A stretch of DNA of 64,000 nucleotides from Alphaproteobacteria bacterium (GCA_965220745.1 CBDCQT010000011.1:544001-608000), one strand, 5' to 3'; numbered from the stretch's first letter, positions 27,016 through 37,490 are shown. Notes: a model not told the origin generated them from the sequence alone. Program-made: numbers and translations.

Positions 27016-29394
27016 CTACCCGCCGTGTGCGGCGGAAGGCGCCAGCCGGCAGCGATAGGCGTTGTTCGGCGTTGAACCGCCGATGGGGTCGATGGTCTCG
27101 TTGCCGATCGCCGCATTGAAGTTGGTGTTGTCCGCAGTCGGGTAGCCGGGGAGGGAGAGCCCCTCGCAGCCCTGCCACCATCCATGCGTGGCGCTCACCA
27201 CCTTGGGGTGGAGCTTCGCAGCAAAGCGGGCGCGGGCACGCAGGGTATTGTGAGGCGTGGTCAGCGTAACCCAATCGCCCTCGCCGATGGCGTGCGCGGC
27301 TGCCGTCTCCGGGTTGATTTCCACCAGCGGATCCGGCTCGTGCCGCCGGAGCGAGGGCAGGTTTCGGTTCTGGCTGTGCAGGTAGTGCGTCGACTTGGCG
27401 CAGGTGAGCACGAGCGGATAGGCGTCCGCCACGTCGGTGTCGCCATTCTTGCCGATCGCGGGCTCCACGTAGTCGGGCAAGGGCTCGTAGCCGTGTTCAA
27501 GAAAGCGCTCGGCGTAGATCTCGACCTTTCTGCTCGGCGTGTCGAAGCCGGCGGGATGGCCGTCGACGGGCTCGGCATACTTGCGGTGCTGCACCGGTTG
27601 TGGCGCCCGCACGCCTTGCGGGTTGGCCCGCAGCGCCTCCAGTGTGATGCCGCTCGGCGCAAGCTGGTGCCGGTGGGCCGCATCCAGATCGCCGTTCCAG
27701 AACAGGTTGCCGAGGCCCAGGCGCTCGGCAAGCGCGAAGGCGATTTGCATGTCGGAGCGGGTCTCGCCCCGCGCTTCGATGATCGCCGGCCGCAGCTGGG
27801 CATAGGCGCTCGCCTCCTGATCCACCAGGAAGTCGGTGCAGAGCCCTTCCCTCTCCCACGCGGACGCGACGGGCAGCACGATGTCCGCATACGCCGCCGT
27901 CGGGTTCATGAAGAGATCGGCGTGGACCATGAATTCGAGCGCGCCGAGGGCCTTCGCGCCGCGCGCGCCGTCCGCATGGGTGTAGAGGATGTTCTTGCCG
28001 AAGTTCACCAAGGCCCGCACAGGATAGGGCCGGCGCTCAAGCACCGCCTCGTAGAGCGCGTCCGTGGTGATCCAGCCTTGCGTTTCCGGGCCGAGCGGCC
28101 GTTCGTCGAGGCCGAGCGACTTGCTCCACAGGTCGTCCGGCATCAGGTCGGCGGCCATCACGTCGTTGGTCGGGATGGTTGCGGGCACCACGTTGCCGCC
28201 CTCGGCGTCGAAGCTCCCGGTGAGGGCATAGAGCAGGGCGATGGCACGATTGGTCTGGCTCGCGTTCGCCAGCATCTCGAGCCCAGCCCAGGCGTAGAAC
28301 GAGACCCGCTCCGATGAGCCGATGAGCCGCGCCGTCTCGCGGATCTGCGCCGCCGGGATCCAGGTGATCTCCTCGACCCGCTCGGGCGGGTACTGCCGGC
28401 AGAGCTCCGCATAGAGGTCGAAGGCGGGCCGGCAGGCGATGATGCCTTGCGCGCCGGCGATCTCGAAGCGGCCGGCGAGAGCGAGGTCGGCATCCTCCCG
28501 CTCATAGGCGCCGCTCAGCGTGTCGTAGCGGAGCGGTGCACCCGTGCTGGCGTCCCAGGCGATGCGCTGGGCGGGATCGCCGTCCTCGTCGAGGTCGGCG
28601 CCGGTGAGGAATTGCCCGGTGTCTTCCCGCACCAGGAAGGGGCCGTTGGTCCAGCGCGTGACGAACTCGCGGTCGAACCAGCCCTCCTCGATCATGACGC
28701 CGGCGAGGCCGAGCGCCAGCGCGCCGTCGCTGCCGGGGCGGACACGGAGCCACTGATCCGCCTTGTTCGCGAGACCGGCGCTGCGCGGGTCGACCACCAC
28801 GAGCGTCGCGCCGCGTGCCTTGGCGTCAGCGATCCGCGTCGCGTGAGCGAGCCAGGTCGTGCTCGGATTGTGGCCCCAGAGGATGAAGCAATCGGTTTGC
28901 GCCAGATCGGCTATCGGCATCGGCACGCCGAAGGTGTGGGGGAACACCATCTCCTTGGCGAAGCCGCAAAGCTCCATCGCGATGGCCGCGTTGGGGCTGC
29001 CGAAGGCGCGGCGCAGGCGCTCGACCCAGACGAAGCCGTCCTGCATCGCGGTGCCGGCGGTCGTCGTGATGCCGAACGCGACCGTCTCGGAGCCCGATTC
29101 CTTCGCGAGCCTGTTGAGCGTGTCGGCGATGGTGTCGAGCGCTTCGATCCACCCGATCCGCTCCCAGCCCGGATCGGCATCGCCCTTGGGGCGCGTGCGC
29201 TTCAGTGGGTGGAGCAGCCGGTCGGGGTGATGCACCAGCTCGGGCGCGGCCCGGCCCTTGCCGCAGAGCGCCTTGCCGGTGGGATGTTCGGGGTCGGGCT
29301 CGACCGCGACGAGGCGGCCGTCTTCCACCGTGGAGATGCAGCCGCAGCGCGACCAGCAAAGGGCGCAGAACCCGTGGACTCGTTCGGTGGCCAT
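27016..29394 (-). CDS. Mo/W-bis-PGD oxidoreductase (DMSO reductase family, acetylene hydratase-like)
   Basis: CALCWSRC...LCGKG [4Fe-4S] motif; GSPN...MELC Cys ligand; YADIVLP; YPLVLT...HSQ. No Tat signal. Confidence 0.88.
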   Translation of the reverse strand: MATERVHGFCALCWSRCGCISTVEDGRLVAVEPDPEHPTGKALCGKGRAAPELVHHPDRLLHPLKRTRPKGDADPGWERIGWIEALDTIADTLNRLAKESGSETVAFGITTTAGTAMQDGFVWVERLRRAFGSPNAAIAMELCGFAKEMVFPHTFGVPMPIADLAQTDCFILWGHNPSTTWLAHATRIADAKARGATLVVVDPRSAGLANKADQWLRVRPGSDGALALGLAGVMIEEGWFDREFVTRWTNGPFLVREDTGQFLTGADLDEDGDPAQRIAWDASTGAPLRYDTLSGAYEREDADLALAGRFEIAGAQGIIACRPAFDLYAELCRQYPPERVEEITWIPAAQIRETARLIGSSERVSFYAWAGLEMLANASQTNRAIALLYALTGSFDAEGGNVVPATIPTNDVMAADLMPDDLWSKSLGLDERPLGPETQGWITTDALYEAVLERRPYPVRALVNFGKNILYTHADGARGAKALGALEFMVHADLFMNPTAAYADIVLPVASAWEREGLCTDFLVDQEASAYAQLRPAIIEARGETRSDMQIAFALAERLGLGNLFWNGDLDAAHRHQLAPSGITLEALRANPQGVRAPQPVQHRKYAEPVDGHPAGFDTPSRKVEIYAERFLEHGYEPLPDYVEPAIGKNGDTDVADAYPLVLTCAKSTHYLHSQNRNLPSLRRHEPDPLVEINPETAAAHAIGEGDWVTLTTPHNTLRARARFAAKLHPKVVSATHGWWQGCEGLSLPGYPTADNTNFNAAIGNETIDPIGGSTPNNAYRCRLAPSAAHGG

Positions 29395-29422
29395 GATCTG
29401 CGTCTCCCTGTGATCGGCGCGA

Positions 29423-31216
29423 CTACGCCGCGCGGCGCTCGCCCCTGAGCGCCTCGGTGGCCGCGAGGTCCACGGCGCGCTCTTCGGCGTCGATCACCAC
29501 GCCGTAGGCAGTCCGAGCCTCGTCGATCGAGATGTAGTCGTCGAGCACGTCGTCGAGAACCTGCTCCACCGGGCGGGCCATGGGGTCGCCCCAGCCGCCA
29601 CCGCCGCCGGTCTCGATGCGGAAGGCCTCGCCCGGCGCGAAGCGATAGGCGGCGAGCAGCGGGTTGTGCCACGAGCCGTCATCCGCCAGACCGCCGATCA
29701 CCTCCGCGGAACCGTCGGGCAGGAGCTTGCAGAGCCGCTGCGCCCTGCTTTCCTGCCCGCCCTCGACGCCGGGGCTGCCCGCGAGGGTCCGCGAGGTCTC
29801 GATGCTGAGCTCGGCGTTGCCGTTGAAGCGGAACTGCAGCCTCGCGCCGAGCCCGCCACGATGGGTGCCCGGTCCCGCCGAATCCTGTCTCAGGTCGAAC
29901 GCCTCGTAGACGATGGGGTAGCAGAGCTCGGCCACCTCCGCCGAGAGGTTCATGCAGTTGCCGGTGGGGTCGAAGCGGACGCTCGCGCCGTCCATGTCGT
30001 TCATGCCGCCCCAGCCGCCGGCGGGCAGGTCGGAGAACACGGTCTGGCGCCGGGTCTCGGGGTCGGTCACGGCGCAGACCAGCCAGTTCACGTCCGACAT
30101 GGTGCCGCCCGTCGCGTCCTGCGGCATGGCCTGGCTCATCGCCAGCCAGATCGAGCTGTTGATCTTGGCGGCGGTCACCGTGGTGCAGCCGATGGTGGGC
30201 GCGGGCCACTTGGCGTTGAGCCAGCAATCGTCCGGCAGCACGATGTCGACCGCGTCGAACAGGCCGGCGTTGGCCGGCGCTTCGGGGCAGAGGTAGAAAC
30301 GCAGCGCCAGATAGGTGGCCGAAAACGTATTGGCGAGCGGCGAGTTGATCGCGCCGACGCATTGCGGGTCCGACCCGGTGAAGTCGACGGTCATCTTCTC
30401 GCCTTCGACGACGATCTTCACGGCGAGCTTGATGGGCTCCTCGCTGAAGCCGTCGGTATCGACGAAATCGGTCACCCCGTATTCGCCGTCGGGGATCGCC
30501 TCGATGCGGCTGCGGCTGATGCGATTGGTGTAGGCGATCAGCTCGCGCATGGCGATCTCGACCGTCTCGAGGCCGTAGCGGGCAACCCCGCGGCTGAACT
30601 CCTGCTCGGCGACCTTCAGCGCGCCCATGTGAGCCTGGATATCGCCCTCGATGTATTCCGGGCAGCGCGTGTTGTTCTTGATCAGCGCCAGCAGGTCCTG
30701 GTTCATCTCGTATTCGTTGAAGAGCTTGAGCGGCGGGATGCGCAGCCCTTCGCCGGCGATATGCGTGCCGAAGGACTGCCCGCCGGCTGCGCCGCCGCCG
30801 AGGTCCTGCCAGTGTCCCCGGCTCACGGCGAAGCCGAGCAGCCTGTCGTCGCTGAAGATCGGCATCGTGAAGGTGGTGTCGGGAATGTGCGTCCCGCCCT
30901 GGAAGGGGTCGTTCAGGACCACCACGTCGCCGGGGCGAAGCGTTTCCTTGCCGTACTTGTTGACCGATTCCTGGGCGGCGAAGTGCATCGCAGCCATGTG
31001 GATCGGGCAGCCCGGCGATTGGGAGACGAGGCGGATATCCGCATCGTAGACGGCGTTGGAGTAGTCGAGAATGTCACTCAGGATCGGCGAGAACGCGGTC
31101 TTCTGCAGCACCTTGCTCATGCGCTCGCAGCAGAAATCGAAGTGGCTGCGCAGGACCTCGAATGTCACCGGATCGAGATCCCTGATCTCCGATGCGTTGC
31201 GTCTGACTGCATCCAT
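29423..31216 (-). CDS. hyuB: Hydantoinase B/oxoprolinase family subunit
   Basis: DPVTFEV, TAFSP, NDPFQGGTHIPD, GHWQD, EGLRIPP and GGGGWGDP motifs. Family-level call. Confidence 0.92.
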   Translation of the reverse strand: MDAVRRNASEIRDLDPVTFEVLRSHFDFCCERMSKVLQKTAFSPILSDILDYSNAVYDADIRLVSQSPGCPIHMAAMHFAAQESVNKYGKETLRPGDVVVLNDPFQGGTHIPDTTFTMPIFSDDRLLGFAVSRGHWQDLGGGAAGGQSFGTHIAGEGLRIPPLKLFNEYEMNQDLLALIKNNTRCPEYIEGDIQAHMGALKVAEQEFSRGVARYGLETVEIAMRELIAYTNRISRSRIEAIPDGEYGVTDFVDTDGFSEEPIKLAVKIVVEGEKMTVDFTGSDPQCVGAINSPLANTFSATYLALRFYLCPEAPANAGLFDAVDIVLPDDCWLNAKWPAPTIGCTTVTAAKINSSIWLAMSQAMPQDATGGTMSDVNWLVCAVTDPETRRQTVFSDLPAGGWGGMNDMDGASVRFDPTGNCMNLSAEVAELCYPIVYEAFDLRQDSAGPGTHRGGLGARLQFRFNGNAELSIETSRTLAGSPGVEGGQESRAQRLCKLLPDGSAEVIGGLADDGSWHNPLLAAYRFAPGEAFRIETGGGGGWGDPMARPVEQVLDDVLDDYISIDEARTAYGVVIDAEERAVDLAATEALRGERRAA

Positions 31217-31236
31217 GGCCTTGACCCCTTGAGCGC

Positions 31237-33270
31237 TCAGGCGGCGCCATCCAACGCGATCAACAAGTTGCCGCTGCGGTCGACCGACGCCTGCGTGTCC
31301 GGCGGCAGGACGGTCTCCGAATGGTCGTACTCTACAATGGCGGGGCCGGTGATGGCGACGCCGGGATAGAGCCGCTCGCCGGCGTAGATCGCGACATCGT
31401 GCCATGACCCGCCGAAGTAGACCGGCCGCGTGCCGCGCTCGACCTCGGCAGCAGCGCCTGCCTCGGCTCCATGGATGGTCGGGCGCGCGAACGCTCCCGC
31501 GGCGGTGACGCCGATGCTGACGAACTCCGACGGGAAGGTCGGCGACTTGACGCCGTGCTCGGCTTCATGCGCGTCGTGGAAGGCATCAGCGATGTCCTGC
31601 GCCCGCTCGGTCGAGAGCTGGCCGTCACCGAGCGGCGTCAGTACCTCCCAGAACTGGCCGACGTAGCGCATCTGCGCGTGGCGCGAGAGCATCATCCCGG
31701 CGTCCGCGATGCCGTCCCGTGCGAGCAACGCCCGGCCCTGATGTTCGAGCCCGGCGTACATCTGGTTGAGCCGGTCGAAATCCGCCTCGTCCACGGGGGC
31801 GTAGTAGAACTCCTCCAGGTCGTGGCGGATGTCCATGGCGGTCGCGCCGAAGGCCGAGGCGACGCCGGCATGGGCCGGAACCACGATGCGGGGGATGTTC
31901 ATGGCGCGCGCGATCTGACAGGCGTGCATGGGGCCCGCGCCGCCGAAGCTCGCGAGCACGAAATCGCGCGGGTCGCGCCCGCGATCGGTGAGCACGAGCT
32001 TGATCGCTTGCGCCATGTTCTCGCAGGTGATCGAGATGATCGCTTCGGCCGCCTCCAGCCGGTCGATGCCGAGCCGGTCGGCGATTCTGCTCACCGCGCG
32101 CTCCGCGGCATCGGCATCGAGCGCGAGCTTGCCGCCCAGGGTGGCGTCCAGCCGGCCCAGGACGAAGTTCGCGTCTGTCACCGTTGCCTCGTCCCCGCCG
32201 CGATCGTAGCAGGCGGGGCCCGGATCGGAGCCCGCGCTCTGCGGCCCGACGCGTAGCGAGCCGCCCTTGTCGACCCAGGCAATCGACCCGCCGCCGGCCC
32301 CGACGCTGCGGATGTCCAGCATCGGGATGGTGATCGGCACCTCCCATTCGAGCTGGTAGTCGTGGGTGAGGAGCCCCTCGCCGTGATCGACGATCGATGC
32401 GTCGAAGGTCGTGCCCCCCATGTCGGTATGGATGATGTTGGAGAACTCGGTGGTCTGGCTCAGGTAGCGGGCGTAGGCGACGCCGCCGGCCGGACCCGAT
32501 TCCACCAGCTCCTCGGGCCGCTCGATGGCGAGATCAACGCCCATCATGCCGCCGTTACTTTTCAAGGCGAGCAGCGAGCCGGAGAAGCCGTTGTCGCGGA
32601 GCCCGGCCGCCAGACGGTTGAAATAGCTGGTCATCACCGGGAGTAGCGCCGCGCGCACCACCGTGGTGGAAAAGCGCCCGTGCTCCCTGAACTTCCTTAC
32701 CGTCTCGGACGAGAGCGCAATGTGGCAGTCGGGATATTCCTCGAGCAGGATGTCGCGCATCCGGGCTTCGTGCCGCCCGTCCACGTAGGCGTTGATGAAG
32801 CAGATCGCGATCGACTGAGCGCCCTGCTCCCTGATCTGGCGCGCGACTTGGCGGGCCTCCTCGTCGTCGAAGGGGCTCAGGTCCTCGCCCGCAGCGGAGA
32901 GCCGGCATCCCAGCGTGAAGCGCAGGCGCCGGGGCACGATGGGCGTGGGCCGCTTCTGGCGCAGCGCGAACAAGTGCTGGCGGCGCTGGCGTCCGATCTC
33001 GATGACGTCGCGAAAGCCTTCGGTCGTGACCATGGCGACCGGCGGGTAGCTGCGCTCGACCAGGGCGTTGGTCGCGGTCGTGGTGCCGTGCACGAGCACG
33101 CTGATCTCGGCCGGGGCGATTGCGGCTGCCTCCAGCGCGTTCAGCACGCCCACCGAGCGGTCGCCGGCGGTGGTCAGCACCTTCGCCGAGATCGTCTCGC
33201 CGCTCTCTCCGTTCGCCGCGAAGAGGTCGGTGAAGGTTCCGCCAACGTCAATTCCGACGTGCCACATCAC
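31237..33270 (-). CDS. hyuA: Hydantoinase A/oxoprolinase family subunit (ATP-binding)
   Basis: GIDVGGTFTD, HGTTTATNA, SGPAGG, DMGGTT, GAGGGSIA and SAGSDPGPACY motifs. Family-level call. Confidence 0.92.
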   Translation of the reverse strand: MMWHVGIDVGGTFTDLFAANGESGETISAKVLTTAGDRSVGVLNALEAAAIAPAEISVLVHGTTTATNALVERSYPPVAMVTTEGFRDVIEIGRQRRQHLFALRQKRPTPIVPRRLRFTLGCRLSAAGEDLSPFDDEEARQVARQIREQGAQSIAICFINAYVDGRHEARMRDILLEEYPDCHIALSSETVRKFREHGRFSTTVVRAALLPVMTSYFNRLAAGLRDNGFSGSLLALKSNGGMMGVDLAIERPEELVESGPAGGVAYARYLSQTTEFSNIIHTDMGGTTFDASIVDHGEGLLTHDYQLEWEVPITIPMLDIRSVGAGGGSIAWVDKGGSLRVGPQSAGSDPGPACYDRGGDEATVTDANFVLGRLDATLGGKLALDADAAERAVSRIADRLGIDRLEAAEAIISITCENMAQAIKLVLTDRGRDPRDFVLASFGGAGPMHACQIARAMNIPRIVVPAHAGVASAFGATAMDIRHDLEEFYYAPVDEADFDRLNQMYAGLEHQGRALLARDGIADAGMMLSRHAQMRYVGQFWEVLTPLGDGQLSTERAQDIADAFHDAHEAEHGVKSPTFPSEFVSIGVTAAGAFARPTIHGAEAGAAAEVERGTRPVYFGGSWHDVAIYAGERLYPGVAITGPAIVEYDHSETVLPPDTQASVDRSGNLLIALDGAA

Positions 33271-33471
33271 GCTATTCCCGGTGGGTCGATGGATCGTGAG
33301 AACCGGTCGAAGACAGCCTGGTCGAGAACGGAGTCCGGCATCGCTCGCCGAAGAGGCCGTATTTCTAGCGAATCGCCGGCTTCACGGAAATATCGGCCGG
33401 CCCACAGATGACCTCGGCAAGGGTCATGTGATAGAGACATGGCGGCAGTTGAACGCGTTGGGAGGGTTTTC

Positions 33472-35538
33472 ATGCGCCACATCATGGGCGTCGATATCGG
33501 CGGCACCTTTACCGATTTTTCACTGATCGACGATCGCGGCGGCATCACGCTTTGGAAGGAAGCGACGACGCCCGCCGATCCGGGGGTCGCCGTCCAGCGC
33601 GGCCTGGAAGCGCTCGCAGATGCCCAAGGTCTGGAGGTCGATTCCTTCGTTGGCAGTCTGGACCTCTTCGTGCATGGCCAGACCATCGCCACCAACACGG
33701 TGATCCAGCGCAACGGCCCCAAGACGGCGCTGCTCTGCACCGAGGGCTTCCGCGACGTTCTCTACTTCCGCGACGGCTTCAAGCCCGACCGCTACAACGT
33801 CAGCCTGCCCAGATCGAAGGATTTCATCCGCCGCGACCTGCGCCTGCCGCTCACGGAGCGGATGGACTATCGCGGCGAGCCGCTGATCGAGCTCGACGAG
33901 GACTCGGTGCGCGCCGCGGCGCGGACACTCAGCGAACAGGGTGTCGAATCCGTCGCCGTAGCGCTGCTCTGGTCCATCATGAACTCGAGCCACGAAGTCC
34001 GCGCCAAGGAGATTCTCGCGGAAGAGCTTCCGGGCGTCCCCGTGGTCCTGAGCTCGGACGTGCTGCCCATGATCCGCGAGTGGGAGAGGACATCGAGCAC
34101 CGTCCTCAGCGCTTACATCCTGCCCCGTATCTCCAGCTACATGATCGCGCTCGAGAAATATCTCTCCGAGAACGGCTTCGGCCAGAACCTGCTGGTCATG
34201 CAGCTCAACGGCGGCACGGCGACGGTCAAGCAGATCATCGAGCGGCCGATCTACGCGCTGGCCTCGGGCCCGGCGGCGGGGCCGGCTGCCGGCCTCTATT
34301 GCGCCGAGCGGGTGGGCGTCAACAACGTCATCACCATCGACATGGGCGGCACCAGCTTCGACGTCTGCATGGTGACCGACGGCGAACCTGCGCTGACCAA
34401 GGACATGCGCGTGCACGACAACCCGGTGGGCGTGGCCGCGGTCGACGTGCATTCGATCGGCGCGGGTGGCGGCAGCATCGCCTGGATCGACAAGGGCGGC
34501 GCGCTGCAGGTCGGCCCGATGAGCGCCGGCGCCGAGCCGGGGCCTGCCTGCTACGAGCTGGGCGGCGACCGGCCCACAGTGACGGACGCCAACGTGGTCC
34601 TCGGCTACATCAACCCCGATTTCTTCCTCGGCGGGCGGAGGGACATCAATCCCGATGCCTCCAACCGGGTCATCGAGGAGTCCATCGCGAAGCCGCTGGG
34701 CTTGAGCGTCGAACAGGCCGCCGACGGCATCTTCCAGATCGTCAACACCAACATGGTGGACGCGATCCGCGTCGTCTCGGTCGAGAAGGGCATCGACCCG
34801 CGCGGCTACAGCCTGGTGGTGGGCGGCGGCGCCGGCGCCATCCATGCCGGCGCGCTCGGCGTGGAGCTCGGCATGAAGCAAGCGATCATTCCGCGCTACG
34901 GCGGGGTCTTCTGCTCCTACGGCATGATCGCGAGCGACGTCCGCCACGACCTGATCAAGGCCTTCGCCACCAACACCAGCGACTTCGACCTCGCGCGTGC
35001 CAACGAGATTTTCGCCGAGCTCGAAGCCGAAGCGATCGCCGAACTCAAGGCGCAGGGCTTCGCCCGCTCGCGAATCAAGATTGCCCGCTTCGCCGACGCC
35101 AAATACTCGAACCAGATTCACGAGCTCACGATCCCGCTGCCGTCCAAGGGCAAGATCAAGAAGTCCGACATCGACAACATCGCCGAGGCCTTCCACGGCC
35201 TGCACGAGCGCATGTTCTCCTACTGCGTGCGGGAGAGCGCGGTCGACCTGTTCCACTGGCGGATCACGGCGGAGGGCCGGCTGCCAGAGCGCGAGACACC
35301 GATTCAGAAGCGCACGCGCAAGCCCGCGAGCGAGGCGCAGAAGGGCACGCGCATGGTCTATTTCAGGGCCTTCAAGAAGTACCGCCGGACCAAGATTTAC
35401 GACGGTGCCAAGGTGCGCCACGGCATGACCATCGAAGGGCCGGCCGTGGTCGAGCAGGAGAACTCGACGATCGTGGTCCAACCCAAGCACACCCTGAAGG
35501 TCAACCGCTACGACGATTTCGTCCTCGCGATCAACTGA
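33472..35538 (+). CDS. hyuA: Hydantoinase A/oxoprolinase family subunit with basic C-terminal domain
   Basis: GVDIGGTFTD, SGPAAG, DMGGTSFD and GAGGGSIA motifs; GGGAGG RBS. Confidence 0.92.
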   Translation: MRHIMGVDIGGTFTDFSLIDDRGGITLWKEATTPADPGVAVQRGLEALADAQGLEVDSFVGSLDLFVHGQTIATNTVIQRNGPKTALLCTEGFRDVLYFRDGFKPDRYNVSLPRSKDFIRRDLRLPLTERMDYRGEPLIELDEDSVRAAARTLSEQGVESVAVALLWSIMNSSHEVRAKEILAEELPGVPVVLSSDVLPMIREWERTSSTVLSAYILPRISSYMIALEKYLSENGFGQNLLVMQLNGGTATVKQIIERPIYALASGPAAGPAAGLYCAERVGVNNVITIDMGGTSFDVCMVTDGEPALTKDMRVHDNPVGVAAVDVHSIGAGGGSIAWIDKGGALQVGPMSAGAEPGPACYELGGDRPTVTDANVVLGYINPDFFLGGRRDINPDASNRVIEESIAKPLGLSVEQAADGIFQIVNTNMVDAIRVVSVEKGIDPRGYSLVVGGGAGAIHAGALGVELGMKQAIIPRYGGVFCSYGMIASDVRHDLIKAFATNTSDFDLARANEIFAELEAEAIAELKAQGFARSRIKIARFADAKYSNQIHELTIPLPSKGKIKKSDIDNIAEAFHGLHERMFSYCVRESAVDLFHWRITAEGRLPERETPIQKRTRKPASEAQKGTRMVYFRAFKKYRRTKIYDGAKVRHGMTIEGPAVVEQENSTIVVQPKHTLKVNRYDDFVLAIN

Positions 35539-35549
35539 GGGAGCGAGAC

Positions 35550-37490
35550 ATGGCCAACATATCCACGGTGCACCGCACCGGGCCGAAGACCAAGAGCATC
35601 GCCAAGAGGCAGGTCAGGACGCGGCCCCAGAAGAGCGCCAAGACGGCCGTCGATCCGATCACCTTCTCGGTCGTTCTCAATCGCTTCAACACGATTGCGA
35701 ACGAGATGACGCTGACCATGGAGAAGACCTCCTGGACCTCGATCATCGCGCTCGCACGCGACTTCTCTTGCGCGATCTACGACGCGAAGGCGCGCCAGAT
35801 CTGCATGATGGACGCGCTGCCGGTCCACACCAACTCGATGCACGTGGTCCTGAAGGAGATCGCGCGAGTCTTCGAAGGCGACATCCACGACGGCGATGTC
35901 ATCGTCTGCAACGACGCCTACAGCGGCAACACCCACGTCGGCGATTTCGTCACCGCCTGCCCGGTGTTCCACAAGGGCAAGCACATGTTCTGGAGCATGA
36001 CCAAGGGCCATCAGCTGGATTGCGGTGCCTTCATCCCCACCAGCACGCCCGCCGCCGCCAAGGACGTTTGGCAAGAAGGGCTGCAGCTGCCGCCGATCAA
36101 GTTCTACGAGAAGGGCCAGCGGCGCGAGGACGTGGTGCGCATGTACCTTGCCAACGTGCGCTGGCAGGAGTGGCTCTACGGCGACCTGATGGCGCAGCTC
36201 GGCTCGATCTGGACCGGCAAGCGGCGGCTCATCGAGCTTGCGGCGCACTACGGCAACGACGAGGTGGAGCGCTATATCGAGGCGATCTTCGACTACGCCG
36301 ACCAGCGCATGGCCCAGGAAATCCGCCAGATGCCGGATGGCGACTACGAGGGCACATCCTGGCTCGACACCGACGGCCAGGGCGGCACCGACATTCCCGT
36401 GAACGCGCGGGTCTCGATCCGGGACGACCGGGTCCACGTCGATTTCGGCGGCTCCGCACCGCAGACGCCGGGCGCCAACAACTCCTCCTTCGGCGTCATG
36501 CAGGCCGCGGCGGGCATCCCGATCCTCTGCACGATCGACCCCTCGATCCCCCACAACGACGGCTGCCTGCGCCACATCACGGCCGAGGCCCCGCTCGGCT
36601 CGGTGTGCAACGCGCAGTATCCGGCCTCCACCGCGCTCGCCACCATCGGCCCCGACGACACCATGCAGGACGCCGTCTACAAGGCGCTCGCCCACGCGGT
36701 GCCCGAGCGGGTTACCGGCGGGAACGGCCGGGTCAGCTGCGTGCCCTTCTTCTCGGGCACCGATACCCGCGACGGGCAGGACCGTTCCTGGGGCTGCATG
36801 TTCTTCAACGGCGGGCCGGCGGGCGGGGCATCCTCGAAGGAGGACGGCTGGCCGCTCCTCATCACGTCGGCCGGCATGGGTGGACTCAAGATCCTGAGCG
36901 TCGAGATGAGCGAGATGCTCTACCCCATGCGCGTCGATAAGCAGGAGATCGGCGCCGATTCCATGGGGCACGGCGAGCATCACGGCGGCCCCGGCGTCGA
37001 AATTCAGATCACGCCCATCGGCGGCCCGATCGAGTGCCACCTGTTCGGCGACGGCACCGCCAATCCGCCTCACGGCGTGATGGGCGGCACGACCGGGATC
37101 GGCGGCGGCAGCTACAAGGAGAACCTGGAAACGGGCAAGCGCACCTATTGCTCCTCGAAGGGGCTCCTCATGATCGAGGAGAACGAGGTTTGGGTGGCGC
37201 ACTCCAGCGGCGGCGGTGGCTACGGCGATCCGTTGAAGCGCGATCCCGAGGCGGTGCTGGAGAGCATCTTCGAGGGGCTGCTCACGGTCGAATGCGCGAC
37301 CGAGGTCTATGGCGTCGTCATCAACAAGGCGACCATGACCATCGACTGGAACAAGACCGAGGCGCGGCGAGAGCAGATAGCGGCCGAGCGCGGTCCATTG
37401 GAGGTGGTGGTACCGACCACGCCAGGCGCCTCCGACTGGATTCCGAAGCGGCTCCGGGACGGCGACGAATATCTGATCGATCCGCAATGA
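35550..37490 (+). CDS. hyuB: Hydantoinase B/oxoprolinase family subunit (basic-tail paralog 1)
   Basis: DPITFSV, RDFSCA, NTHVGD, GHQLD, QEGLQLPP and GGGGYGDP motifs. ATG 35550 follows AGGGAG. Confidence 0.92.
   Translation: MANISTVHRTGPKTKSIAKRQVRTRPQKSAKTAVDPITFSVVLNRFNTIANEMTLTMEKTSWTSIIALARDFSCAIYDAKARQICMMDALPVHTNSMHVVLKEIARVFEGDIHDGDVIVCNDAYSGNTHVGDFVTACPVFHKGKHMFWSMTKGHQLDCGAFIPTSTPAAAKDVWQEGLQLPPIKFYEKGQRREDVVRMYLANVRWQEWLYGDLMAQLGSIWTGKRRLIELAAHYGNDEVERYIEAIFDYADQRMAQEIRQMPDGDYEGTSWLDTDGQGGTDIPVNARVSIRDDRVHVDFGGSAPQTPGANNSSFGVMQAAAGIPILCTIDPSIPHNDGCLRHITAEAPLGSVCNAQYPASTALATIGPDDTMQDAVYKALAHAVPERVTGGNGRVSCVPFFSGTDTRDGQDRSWGCMFFNGGPAGGASSKEDGWPLLITSAGMGGLKILSVEMSEMLYPMRVDKQEIGADSMGHGEHHGGPGVEIQITPIGGPIECHLFGDGTANPPHGVMGGTTGIGGGSYKENLETGKRTYCSSKGLLMIEENEVWVAHSSGGGGYGDPLKRDPEAVLESIFEGLLTVECATEVYGVVINKATMTIDWNKTEARREQIAAERGPLEVVVPTTPGASDWIPKRLRDGDEYLIDPQ

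Noticed and set aside
27016-29394. Calling this enzyme acetylene hydratase, nitrate reductase or formate dehydrogenase
   Set aside because: The acetylene hydratase catalytic Asp position is Trp, and there are no partner subunits or diagnostic motifs for the others.
33520-37487. Long antisense ORFs (656 and 659 aa) and many similar ones across the window
   Set aside because: They are mirror frames of motif-bearing genes, expected at high third-position GC, and carry no motifs of their own.
33552-37490. 1312-aa ORF suggesting a fused or frameshifted HyuA-HyuB
   Set aside because: The first 666 codons are the Arg/Gly-rich -1 shadow frame of hyuA, which often stays open in high-GC genes. hyuB has its own RBS and ATG at 35550, and no slippery site was seen.
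29423-37490. Acetone/acetophenone carboxylase assignment for the A/B pairs
   Set aside because: No gamma-subunit (Zn-binding AcxC-like) gene was recognised, so carboxylase activity is unsupported, though not excluded.
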